A stretch of 64,000 bases of DNA from Dehalococcoidia bacterium (GTDB lineage: Bacteria; Chloroflexota; Dehalococcoidia; Lucifugimonadales; UBA3495): positions 6,542 through 70,541 of the forward strand of contig CAXXOI010000005.1 of NCBI GenBank assembly GCA_963664175.2. The letters run 5' to 3'. The notes below the pieces were generated by a model that ran no database searches, was not told the DNA's origin, and saw only the letters and a program-made list of their open reading frames with translations. Below, one piece after another: positions 55,135 through 63,426 of this stretch. Position 1 is the first letter of the stretch; each line of letters starts with the position of its first letter. The position numbers were made by a program, and so were the translations under genes.

Positions 55135-55869
55135 TCAGATCAGTTGCGTCGGGGCCCAATTGGCGTTTCGGGATTGCAGCATCGCCGAGCACAGCGAACC
55201 GCTGGCCTCCATGGCCAGGCGGGTGGTGCGGGCCCGCACGTAGTATGCCTCGAGCCGGTCTGTCGGTATGGGTGCACCCGTGACATCGACAATGAGCGGA
55301 GCCGCGGCTGAGCAGTCCAGCCCCAGTTCGCCTCGGCGCTCCAGGTAACGCGACACCGTGCGCCCGTCGATCGCCTCAGGGATGTCCCCCACACGCAGCG
55401 CCGCCATCTTGTCGAATCCCATTCCTGATCGTTTCAAAGCCTGCAGCAGCCGTTCCTGTCGGTTGTAGTAGCCCTTGACCAGAAATATCTGGCGCGTTTC
55501 CTCCAGGGTGTCGGGGCCGCTGTCGGGGAAGGCTTCGCCGAAAGTCTTGCCGGGGCCGGTACCGTCCTGCACCTCGCGTCCTGCGAAGTGCTCCCCGAGC
55601 TTGACCGTAACCGAGTTCACGCCGTCCACTGCAAGCAGTCCGTTGCGAACATCCGACGCCATCAGGTAAGAGAAGTTGGCGGCGCACCAGTACGTCGGGA
55701 GTTGCAGCGTGACCGAAACGCTCCCCGAACCATCACCCTCGACCCGCTGCACGAAACCGAGCGACAGCACCGACTCGTCCAACTCCGGATCCAGCACGCG
55801 GTCTAGTCGCGCCAGCACTGCGTCGCGGTCCACGCTGGTGGGTAGCGTGATTTCGGGCTTCGGCGTCAT
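55135..55869 (-). CDS. DUF59 (MIP18/Fe-S assembly-like) domain protein with C-terminal extension
   Basis: ...AVLARLDRVLDPELDESVLSLGFV... is the typical DUF59 N-terminal domain. The ATG overlaps the nitrilase stop (ATGA). Confidence 0.65.
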   Translation of the reverse strand: MTPKPEITLPTSVDRDAVLARLDRVLDPELDESVLSLGFVQRVEGDGSGSVSVTLQLPTYWCAANFSYLMASDVRNGLLAVDGVNSVTVKLGEHFAGREVQDGTGPGKTFGEAFPDSGPDTLEETRQIFLVKGYYNRQERLLQALKRSGMGFDKMAALRVGDIPEAIDGRTVSRYLERRGELGLDCSAAAPLIVDVTGAPIPTDRLEAYYVRARTTRLAMEASGSLCSAMLQSRNANWAPTQLI

Positions 55870-56735
55870 GGCGCAGTCAATTCTCCATAGGTGTCTGGGC
55901 GCCGGTCGCGGTAGAACTGCCAGGTGTTCCTGGCCTCGGCGATTTCGTCCAGGTCCAGGTCGGCGACGATGACTTCGTCCCGATCACGAGAACCCTGGAC
56001 CACTATCTGGCCCCTGGGGTTGCAGAAATAGCTGCTGCCGTAGAACTCACCGATCTCCCACGGCTGCTCCACGCCCACCCGGTTGATGGCGCCCAGGAAG
56101 TATCCGTTGGCAGCGGCGTGGGCCGGTTGTTCCAGCTGCCACAGGTACTCCGACAGCCCGGCGACAGTGGCCGACGGATTGAACACGATCTCAGCGCCGG
56201 CCAGACCCAGTGCCCGCGCTCCCTCTGGGAAGTGGCGGTCGTAGCAGATGTAAACGCCCACCGTACCGCAGGAGGTATCGAAGACCGGGTAGCCCAGGTT
56301 GCCGGGGCGGAAGTAGAACTTCTCCCAAAACCCAGGGTCGACGTGAGGCAGGTGGTTCTTGCGGTATTTGCCCAGGTAGGTGCCGTCGGAGTCGATGACC
56401 GCCGCCGTGTTGTAGTAGAGGCCCGTAATCTCCTCTTCAAATACCGGCACCACCATTACCATCCGGTGCTTTCTGGCTTGCTCCTGCATCAGGCGTACCG
56501 TCGGACCATCGGGAACCCGCTCGGCCAGCTGACGCCACCGGTCATTCTGCTCGGCTGGAAAGTAGGGGCTGGTGAACAGCTCTTGCAGGCACAGCGCCTC
56601 CACTCCCCTCCCTGCGGCCTCCTCGATGAGGGCGAGGTGCTTGTCCAGCATCATCTGTCGGAGCGCCTGGATGTCCTCCGGCGCGTCCCGCCCGATACCT
56701 GCCTGGACCAGCCCGGCCCGCACAACTCTCGGCAT
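55866..56735 (-). CDS. carbon-nitrogen hydrolase (nitrilase superfamily; beta-ureidopropionase/N-carbamoyl amidase-like)
   Basis: Catalytic E-K-C pattern (...LQELF..., ...KYRKNHLP..., ...GVYICYDRHFPE...). Confidence 0.85.
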   Translation of the reverse strand: MPRVVRAGLVQAGIGRDAPEDIQALRQMMLDKHLALIEEAAGRGVEALCLQELFTSPYFPAEQNDRWRQLAERVPDGPTVRLMQEQARKHRMVMVVPVFEEEITGLYYNTAAVIDSDGTYLGKYRKNHLPHVDPGFWEKFYFRPGNLGYPVFDTSCGTVGVYICYDRHFPEGARALGLAGAEIVFNPSATVAGLSEYLWQLEQPAHAAANGYFLGAINRVGVEQPWEIGEFYGSSYFCNPRGQIVVQGSRDRDEVIVADLDLDEIAEARNTWQFYRDRRPDTYGELTAP

Positions 56736-56751
56736 GCGGTCAATCCTCCAG

Positions 56752-56882
56752 GGCCACCACGTGGCACGCTGCGGTTTGTGGTGGCGTTGGGAAACTATTT
56801 TGCCCTGGTGAGTTTAAGGCCACCACGGGGCACGCTGCGCTCTGTGGTGGCGTTGGGAAACTATTTTGCTCCGGTGAATTCC
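56752..56882. repeat. 66-bp tandem direct repeat, 2 copies, each with hairpin GCCACCAC...GTGGTGGC
   Basis: Copy 1 at 56752-56817, copy 2 at 56818-56882. Copy 2 includes the last codons and stop of the hydrolase gene (stop at 56861-56863). Confidence 0.8.
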
Positions 56883-57628
56883 TTAATGGCCGCGAAATAC
56901 TCGTTCAGCCCGCGGTACAGCAGGTCGTTGTGGCCTGCACCCGGGATGGTCAGCAGGCGCTTGTCGGAGGACTGGAAGGCGTGGTGCATCTCCACTGCCT
57001 GCTGCACCGGCGCCAGCTCGTCAATCTCCCCATGGATCACCAGGGATGGAATGCTGATGGAGCTGACCTTGGCCAGGTACGCGGCCTCCAGGGCCTGCGC
57101 GTGCTGAGGCGGCAGGGTGTACACGAAGTTGCCGAGGATGGGCCGTCCGCTCTCGATGATCACCCCTGCCAGTTCGTCTCCCCGGTTGGCGGCCAGCTCG
57201 AAAGCCGAGTGCCGTCCCATAGACCGGCCCATCACGTAGAGCTTTCCCGTGAATTCCTCGTCCGCCAGGATGCCAGCCGCAAATTCCAGCACCTTGTGCG
57301 CGTCCTCAAGCATTGCTGTGAAGGAGGGCCACCCGCCACTGCGGCCGTAGCCGCGATAGTCGGTTACGAAAAAGTTCAATCCGGTCTGAATGTACAGCGG
57401 GGCAATGTTGTTGTAGTCGTTGGCGGTCTCACCATTGCCGTAGAAAAAGAGTATGGTTGGCGCGTCCTTTGCCGCCGGGAAAAATCGGGAAGAAAGGGAT
57501 ATTTCGTCGTCTACCGAGATGGCGAGATCGACCGCTCCGAGGGGAGCCTGGGACCAGTTCTTCCGTGGGTAGAAGGCATTCATGGAGATGCCTACGTCGT
57601 CCAGCGCGGAGTAGTCCACTGATGCCAT
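56861..57628 (-). CDS. alpha/beta hydrolase
   Basis: ...ILFFYGNGE..., nucleophile elbow GRSMG, ...VIHGEIDE..., ...GAGHND. Confidence 0.82.
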   Translation of the reverse strand: MASVDYSALDDVGISMNAFYPRKNWSQAPLGAVDLAISVDDEISLSSRFFPAAKDAPTILFFYGNGETANDYNNIAPLYIQTGLNFFVTDYRGYGRSGGWPSFTAMLEDAHKVLEFAAGILADEEFTGKLYVMGRSMGRHSAFELAANRGDELAGVIIESGRPILGNFVYTLPPQHAQALEAAYLAKVSSISIPSLVIHGEIDELAPVQQAVEMHHAFQSSDKRLLTIPGAGHNDLLYRGLNEYFAAIKEFTGAK

Positions 57629-57683
57629 GGCCGTTCCCTCTGATGGAGCCCCATCCCATCAGGGAAGGGACTCTCCTGCGTCG

Positions 57684-58574
57684 TTATGAATCAAAGAATC
57701 CCGACTGGATGTGCTCCCTGATTGTCTCGGCCACCAGTTCGGGGCGCTGGACCGGCACATCGTGGATGCTGTCCTCCAGCCAGACCGTCTTGCTGCGCGG
57801 CAACAGGCGCTCGGCAGTTGCGATGGACTCGGAGCGGGCCAGGGTGCGCTCGTAGGCGTCGGGGTTCTGGCGTTGACGCGCCGGCATCATCAGCACCGGG
57901 CATGCGACGTCAGGGTAGATCTCTCGCGGGTGGTGGTCCCAGAGCGCCTCAATGATGCGCAGGTGGTTCTCGCGAGACAGCTTGGCCTTGATCGTCCCGT
58001 CATCCAGGGTCTCGAAGTTGCCCAGGATGATCTCTTCCGCACCCGGGCCGCGCTGATCAATCAGCGTCGCCCACTGGCCGCCGGACCTCACGCGCTCCAG
58101 GAACTGCTCTCGCGTCGTTCCCCGGAAGTCGGGCGGCGCCATCTGCACCAGCGCATCCTCCAGCTTGTCGTAGCGGGCGGAGGCGTCGATGGTGCCGCCG
58201 TCCACGAACACGATGCCCCGCACCAACTCCGGCCTTGCCGCGGCCAACTCGAGCGCCACGTCAGCGCCCCAGGAGTGCCCCACCACCACCGGGCGCTCGA
58301 TGCCGCGTCCAGCAAGGAGCGCCGCCACATCGCCGGACAAGCTGGCGAAATCGTAGCCCTGGTCCGGCTTGCCGCTGTCGCCATGCCCGCGCTGGTCCAC
58401 CGCGATGACAGCGAAGTCCCTCGCCAGGATGGGAGCCACAAAATCCCAGATGCGACAGGTGGAGGCCAGCCCATGCAGCAGTACCACCGGGTGGCCTTCG
58501 CCGCCCCAGTTGCGAACATGCATCCGCAGGCCGCCGTAGCGGGTGTATTCATCTTGTGGAAACTCAGCATGCAT
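57684..58574 (-). CDS. alpha/beta hydrolase
   Basis: ...VVLLHGLAST..., GHSWGA, ...DSIHDVP. Confidence 0.85.
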   Translation of the reverse strand: MHAEFPQDEYTRYGGLRMHVRNWGGEGHPVVLLHGLASTCRIWDFVAPILARDFAVIAVDQRGHGDSGKPDQGYDFASLSGDVAALLAGRGIERPVVVGHSWGADVALELAAARPELVRGIVFVDGGTIDASARYDKLEDALVQMAPPDFRGTTREQFLERVRSGGQWATLIDQRGPGAEEIILGNFETLDDGTIKAKLSRENHLRIIEALWDHHPREIYPDVACPVLMMPARQRQNPDAYERTLARSESIATAERLLPRSKTVWLEDSIHDVPVQRPELVAETIREHIQSGFFDS

Positions 58575-58678
58575 CGAGTCGGATAAGGACCTCCGCAGTT
58601 TCTATGAGAATGAGTGCCATAATATACGTTGCGGCGACGGGACAGCAATGGCGTGACAGGCGGGGGCATTCGATTATT

Positions 58679-58711
58679 CCCTCTCCCTCAGGGGGAGGGC
58701 TAGGGTGGGGG
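58679..58711. repeat. REP-like hairpin CCCTCTCCC-TCAG-GGGGAGGG + CTAGGGTGGGGG
   Basis: Same architecture as 20336-20369. Confidence 0.65.
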
Positions 58712-58899
58712 TGAAATCCTTGCTATAGGTAACGCCCTCAAGTGCGGATTAGCCTCCAATGAGCTGACGGAGCCAATCGCTCCCGGATAACAGAAAGGCC
58801 CCGGAATTCCCGTAATTGCCGCTGCCGTGGCTTGCCGAACGGGGCCGCAGCACCTAATCTGTTGCCGCACAGAATTGAGTTCCTTGGACACTGCCAATT

Positions 58900-59193
58900 A
58901 TGAGCAACAACAAACGGCTGGTCGTCCTGGGCCGGGACGCATCCGGCATTGACCGATTGACCAGGATCCTCGAGGGGGCCGGTTACATCGTCACCAGCAC
59001 CAGCAGCGACGGTGTGGCCATCGACATGGTGGGATCTTCCACCTACGACGCGATGCTGATCTCGCGGGACGTCCCTGAGAATGATCGTCGCTACGTCGCC
59101 ACCGAGTCCCGCAACCGCGACGTCGGACTGCCGGTGCTGACGGTCAACAGCGCCCGATCAGTCCTAACGCAACTGACGCAGGCGCTGCCATAG
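58900..59193 (+). CDS. small receiver-like (CheY-fold-like) protein, acidic pocket degenerate
   Basis: RLVVLGRDAS...GYIV...YDAMLISRDVP...LPVLTV follows the beta-alpha spacing of a receiver but lacks the N-terminal DD pair. Confidence 0.4.
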   Translation: MSNNKRLVVLGRDASGIDRLTRILEGAGYIVTSTSSDGVAIDMVGSSTYDAMLISRDVPENDRRYVATESRNRDVGLPVLTVNSARSVLTQLTQALP

Positions 59194-59225
59194 GTTCTAG
59201 GTTCGCCGAGGGGCAGCTAGCCGTA

Positions 59226-59295
59226 GCAGAGGCCGCGGAGATTTGGATGGAGAGGATAAATCAAAGACTCCGTGCTCTCTGTGTGCTCTGTGATG
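59226..59295. repeat. REP-like element with CTCTGTG heptads
   Basis: ...GCAGAGGCCGCGGAG...CTCCGTGCTCTCTGTGTGCTCTGTGATG. Related to 48348-48414. Confidence 0.5.
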
Positions 59296-59319
59296 AATAC
59301 CCCAAATGGGGAGGAGGCC

Positions 59320-60372
59320 CTACTGGTAGGCGGGGCTGTAGCTGGGGCTTGCCACCCGGCCGCCGTCGACGATGATGTAGTCGCGGTCGATGGGCTGCCC
59401 GGAGATCATCGCCGCCAGGCATTCCCTGACGCCGTTGGCGTAGCGGCGCTGGGCCTCCAGCGTGGTGCCGGAGACGTGCGGCGTCATTGCGTGTCGGGGC
59501 ATCCTGCGCCACGGGTGGTCGGCCGGCGCCGGTTGCGGGTACCAGACGTCGCCGGCGTATCCCGCCAGGTGGCCTGACTCCATTACCTCCACCAGGGCAT
59601 CGGTATCGACGATGCGACCGCGGGCCGTGTTCACCAGGTAGGCGCCGCGCTTCATGCTGTAGAGCAGGTCCCGGTCGAACATGCCCTGTGTGGCCGGGGT
59701 CAGCGGGATGTTGATACTGACCACGTCGCTTTCTGCCACCAGCGACCGCAGGCCCTGGAAGCGGGCGCCCAGCACCGTCTCCTCGGTGTGGGGCAGCCGC
59801 CGGTAGTCGAAGTAACGCATCTGCACGTCGAAGGGCTTGAGACGCGTAGCCACACGCTGCCCGATGCGGCCGAATCCGACGATTCCCACCCGCTTGTCCT
59901 CAAGGTCGTGGGACGGGGCCGCCACCTTGCCGATGTCCCAGCCGCCGTCGACCACCTCCTGGTATGCGGGAATGTAGTTGCGGACCAGGGCAAGGATCTG
60001 CATCACCACGTGCTCGGCGACGCTGACAACGTTGCTGCCGGTGATCTCTGCCACGGTGATGCCCCGCTCGGCGGCCGCGGCGAGGTCGAAATGGTCGGAG
60101 CCTACACCCGCGGTCAGAAGCAGCTTGAGATTGGGCGCGGCCTCAATGCGTTCGCGGCTGATGTAGGCCGGCCAGAACGGCGTGGCGATCAGGACGTCGG
60201 CGGTGGGCAGATGGCTGTCCAGCCCGGCCCCGGCGTCGGTGGTGGCCACCAGTTCGTGGCCCTGGCCCTCAAGCCATTCGCGCAGTCCAAGGGCGTTCTC
60301 TGCGCATCCCAGCAGTTCGGGAGTCTCGGCCGCAACTGCTCCACCTGGGTATAACACTGCCACAACTTTCAT
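59320..60372 (-). CDS. fdh: NAD-dependent formate dehydrogenase (D-2-hydroxyacid dehydrogenase superfamily)
   Basis: PFWPAYISRERIEAAPNLKLLLTAGVGSDHFDL...ITVAEITGSNVVSVAEHVVMQILALVRNY and GFGRIGQ closely follow the FDH consensus. Confidence 0.82.
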   Translation of the reverse strand: MKVVAVLYPGGAVAAETPELLGCAENALGLREWLEGQGHELVATTDAGAGLDSHLPTADVLIATPFWPAYISRERIEAAPNLKLLLTAGVGSDHFDLAAAAERGITVAEITGSNVVSVAEHVVMQILALVRNYIPAYQEVVDGGWDIGKVAAPSHDLEDKRVGIVGFGRIGQRVATRLKPFDVQMRYFDYRRLPHTEETVLGARFQGLRSLVAESDVVSINIPLTPATQGMFDRDLLYSMKRGAYLVNTARGRIVDTDALVEVMESGHLAGYAGDVWYPQPAPADHPWRRMPRHAMTPHVSGTTLEAQRRYANGVRECLAAMISGQPIDRDYIIVDGGRVASPSYSPAYQ

Positions 60373-60634
60373 GCTGCACCCCTTTCCGTCTCGGATTTCG
60401 CCACACCCTTTGGCGATCGACCGAACTCCGATTGATCGCTCTCACACAGGTCTGGGTGGATTACATAATATGATGCCAAACCGCGATGAGCGCAATGCGA
60501 AACTGCTGCCGGATTAGATCGTTACAAATAATACGTTTGCACTTGGCTGGTTAGCTTCCGGATTCGGGACAACGCGGTTTGGTATGAACGGACCGGAGGC
60601 AGTCAAAGCAGGTATTTTCACACGACCGTGCAAT

Positions 60635-60663
60635 AAAAAGGGCCGGGGAAACATCCCCGGCCC
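60635..60663 (-). terminator. rho-independent terminator (minus strand)
   Basis: Stem GGGCCGGGG / CCCCGGCCC with a 6-nt loop. Followed on the minus strand by TTTTT (60635-60639). Lies 30 nt past the SWIM gene stop. Confidence 0.75.
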
Positions 60664-60692
60664 TCAGGAGCAACAAGAGCGGATTCAGCGCG

Positions 60693-60956
60693 CTATTTCG
60701 CCTCAGCAGTTTCGGATTGTGCCGCAACCTTGGCTAGCACGTCGTCCAGCATCCTCTGAAGCGCCATTGTGTGGCTGCAAACGGCTCGGGTGGCGAAGAA
60801 GTGGCACTCGCAGTCCCACTCACCGGAATCGAAAGTCACATCGTAGCTGTTGTGGTTGCCCTGGAACGTCGCGGAGAAGCTGTTGATACTGACCCGTTCC
60901 TTTTCCTCAGCGTATTTCCTCGCCTTGTCTATCTTGCCGATGATGCTGGAATCCAT
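60693..60956 (-). CDS. SWIM zinc-finger domain protein (87 aa)
   Basis: C-x-C-x(n)-C-x-H signature: WDCECHFFATRAVCSHTMAL. Confidence 0.75.
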   Translation of the reverse strand: MDSSIIGKIDKARKYAEEKERVSINSFSATFQGNHNSYDVTFDSGEWDCECHFFATRAVCSHTMALQRMLDDVLAKVAAQSETAEAK

Positions 60957-61276
60957 CGCACCTCCTAACCCGCCGGCCTGTTGGCCGTACCCGCCTTTGC
61001 CTGACGATTCCGGGTTGCCTGTGAATACGCCGCAACATCAATGCTGGATGTTTAAATTTTATTCTGGCCCCACTGTTAATTCAAGCTGACCCTGTCGCAG
61101 ATATCGCGATAACCTTGCTGTCGGATATGGCCGTTTTGAGATCATTTTTGCGTGGATTTGGGGTGTGAACGACTATCATTTGGTGTCGTAATTTCGATTG
61201 CCGCGATGTTGTCGGTAATGGTTAGTGATGGCGAATCTCCAGACTCCGATCTTGTCGCCCCATTGGAGGACCGAGA

Positions 61277-61804
61277 TCAGCCCAGCAGCACGTGAAACTG
61301 CGCCGGGTCCTGGCCGAATTCGACAAGCAGTTCACAGCATCGCATAGCCGCTGACTTAGCTCCCCAATGAAGTTCTATGTGTAGGCCATTAGAGAGTGTA
61401 GTGTCTTTGGTAGTGAACGTTCGCCCGTTTGGATGAGTGGGGTGCAGGTCTATCAAATATCGGCTCCTCATGTTTCCGACCGTGACAGGACATCTTTCCG
61501 ACGCTAGATAACCCGCTTGCACTAGCCAGTCGGCAGTTGTCTTAAGAAGACTAGCCCAATTTGATACTTTTATTTCGCTTCCATTCTGGTCACGGATTAT
61601 TTGTGGACCATATTGGGGAGCCTTATCCGGTTTCTTTTGGAACCAAATGGCTAAGTCGGTGAAGGTAACCCATCCACTCATGTCCGCTGAAGGAACGTTG
61701 CTACTCTCCGGGATCGTTTGATTCCCGCTTTCCTGGAAGCGACCGCTAGGTCTTAGTTTCGGAATCAGTCTGGCTTCCTGTGCTACGGATTCGAGCGCCT
61801 GCAA
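61277..61804 (-). CDS. hypothetical protein (175 aa), lower-GC islet
   Basis: ORF only, with a TTG start and no clear RBS. No family recognised. Confidence 0.4.
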   Translation of the reverse strand: MQALESVAQEARLIPKLRPSGRFQESGNQTIPESSNVPSADMSGWVTFTDLAIWFQKKPDKAPQYGPQIIRDQNGSEIKVSNWASLLKTTADWLVQAGYLASERCPVTVGNMRSRYLIDLHPTHPNGRTFTTKDTTLSNGLHIELHWGAKSAAMRCCELLVEFGQDPAQFHVLLG

Positions 61805-61937
61805 TACGCGATCCCTGGCGTTGTTGTGGATTAGCCTTCCGTCGGGAATCTTGGATCCAGCTTAACCAGCTCGTCTTCCCAGCCCGCAAGCTCCTGCTTT
61901 AGGCCTTCTTCCCACTCTGGGAACAGCCGGTATTCAA

Positions 61938-62387
61938 CTAGGGCGAATCGACAATTTGTTGGCCCCAGATGACAGAGGAGACCAGGTAGAGCGCTGAGAG
62001 AAAGTAGACGCTCCTGCGGTCATACCGGGTGGCTATGCGACGCCAGTGTTTCAGTTTGTTGAATGCCCGCTCTATCAGGTTGCGTTCTCTGTAGAGTTCC
62101 CTGTCGTGTTCCCATGGCTCTTTCCGGTTTGACTTGGGCGGGATTACTGCAGTAGCGCCCGATGAGCTTATGAAAGCCAGTATCCTGTTGCTCTCGTAGC
62201 CCTTGTCGGCTATCACTGCGCCGGTTTCTATCCCCTCCAGCAGTGGTATGGCTTGGGGGCCGTCCGACGCCTGACCGCCGGTCAGGGCGAATCGTATCGG
62301 ACGTCCCCGTGCATCGCACACCATGTGAATCTTGGTGCTCAGTCCGCCACGGGAGCGCCCAAGAGACTGATCCTTGTTCCCCCTTTT
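61938..62387 (-). CDS. IS5-family transposase OrfB (copy 2), via -1 frameshift at 62382-62388
   Basis: Differs from copy 1 at KEPWEHDRELYRERN. The TAA stop is changed to CAA, so the frame runs on (…VIWGQQIVDSP) to the TAG inside the terminal repeat. Confidence 0.82.
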   Translation of the reverse strand, partial: KRGNKDQSLGRSRGGLSTKIHMVCDARGRPIRFALTGGQASDGPQAIPLLEGIETGAVIADKGYESNRILAFISSSGATAVIPPKSNRKEPWEHDRELYRERNLIERAFNKLKHWRRIATRYDRRSVYFLSALYLVSSVIWGQQIVDSP

Positions 62388-62707
62388 CCACCCGCTGCCT
62401 GTTGGTGAACCCGGACAATGGTGGAATCGATCATCACGTAGCTGTTGTCTTTGTCCTCAAGCAGTACCTCGAATATCCTCTGCCAGATACCGGACTTGGC
62501 CCAGCGGGTGAAGCGCTTGTGGACGCTCTTCCAGTTGCCGTATTCCTCAGGCAAGTACTTCCACTGTGCGCCGCTGCGTAGTACCCAGAGAACGCCGTTT
62601 ACAAAACTCAAGTTGTCCTTGGCGGTCACCCCCACGTGCCCTGGGCGTCCAGGGAGAAAATCCTCTATCCGTTGCCACTGGGATGCGCTGAGCTCGTACT
62701 GACCCAT
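62339..62707 (-). CDS. IS5-family transposase OrfA (copy 2)
   Basis: Identical to copy 1 OrfA except R to L (AKDNLSF) and R to S (GGTRISLL). Confidence 0.88.
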   Translation of the reverse strand: MGQYELSASQWQRIEDFLPGRPGHVGVTAKDNLSFVNGVLWVLRSGAQWKYLPEEYGNWKSVHKRFTRWAKSGIWQRIFEVLLEDKDNSYVMIDSTIVRVHQQAAGGKGGTRISLLGAPVAD

Positions 62708-63014
62708 CCCCTTGCCTCCACCACACGGCTGATTCAGACTTACACCCTACCACCTTGGCCCAGATACATTGCCTGTGCGCCTAACTCAAACTTTCACGAA
62801 TTGTCGATTCGCCCTAGCAGAATGCAGGCTGCGCATAAGGCAAAGAACGCCGCTTTGACGCCAGGTTCATCTACCGCGTTGACTCCATATTCCAATGAGG
62901 ACGCCAGGACGAGAACTATGCCTGATACTACAAATTTGTAGAACCAGACCGTCCTGCTAAGGAAATGCAGCCGCTGGATAATGTACGTCATTGATATTGG
63001 CATAGTAGATTTTC

Positions 63015-63426
63015 CTACACTCCAATTTCCGTCAGCCGGGCCACCAGGTACTCGAGGGTCCGATCGCCCTTGATGCGGTTGCAGCTTGAGCAGTTGCAGG
63101 TTCTCTAGGTGGTCGGTGCCGCCGCGGAATCGGGGAACTCTGTGGTCGACTTCGAACAGCTTGAAAGGGAAGTCGCCCTTGCAGCCGTTGCAGAGCCCCT
63201 GCTCCTGTCCGAACAAGACGTGCTTTTTAGGGCGGTAAGGAATGGGCGCCTCAATGTCACCCTCGTTACCGCTGGTCTTGGTAATCCGTTCGAGAATGGC
63301 CAGGGGTTTCTGGGTTGGGTAGCCGACACGCCTGATAGATTGGCCTTGCACAGGCGAAATGTCTTTCCACCTATCCCCCAAAGCGACGCCGGGCGTTTCG
63401 TCCAAGTAGCGTTTGTAGCTGGGCAC
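63015..63426 (-). pseudogene. remnant of a DNA methyltransferase-HNH endonuclease fusion (5'-truncated, internally deleted, frameshifted)
   Basis: YLDETPGVALGDRWKDI...GYPTQKPLAILERI (N4/N6-MTase TxKP region) with no following FxGxG motif. Then HNH: CNGC...EVDHRVPRFRGGTDHLENLQLL. The expected ...SCNRIKGDRTLEYLVARLTEIGV* continues in the +1 frame, ending at 63015. Confidence 0.65.

Larger units (their letters stand above)
61938..62817 (-). mobile_element. IS5-family insertion sequence, copy 2 (inverted relative to copy 1)
   Basis: Same 880-bp element and terminal repeats as copy 1, with CTAG at both ends. At least 7 point differences from copy 1 are inferred from the ORF translations. Confidence 0.9.
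61831..63003 (-). pseudogene. small two-TM membrane protein gene (98 codons) interrupted by IS copy 2
   Basis: 62818-63003 encodes MPISMTYIIQ...AAFFALCAACIL. Removing the IS plus one CTAG joins it in frame to 61831-61937 (VEYRLFPEWEEGLKQELAGWEDELVKLDPRFPTEG*). Confidence 0.65.

Noticed and set aside
56752-56882. The direct repeats looked superficially like a short CRISPR array.
   Set aside because: There are only two abutting 66-bp copies with no spacers, no cas genes nearby, and one copy overlaps a gene 3' end. It is a tandem duplication or REP-like element.
9025-62817. The two IS copies plus the 52 kb between them might form a composite transposon or genomic island.
   Set aside because: The interior is dominated by host-like, high-GC housekeeping and catabolic genes (addAB, ABC transporters, oxidoreductases). 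The flanks of copy 2 reconstitute a single ORF when the IS is removed, so copy 2 is an independent simple insertion. CTAG at all four ends is palindromic and a likely target preference, so it gives no evidence for a shared duplication.
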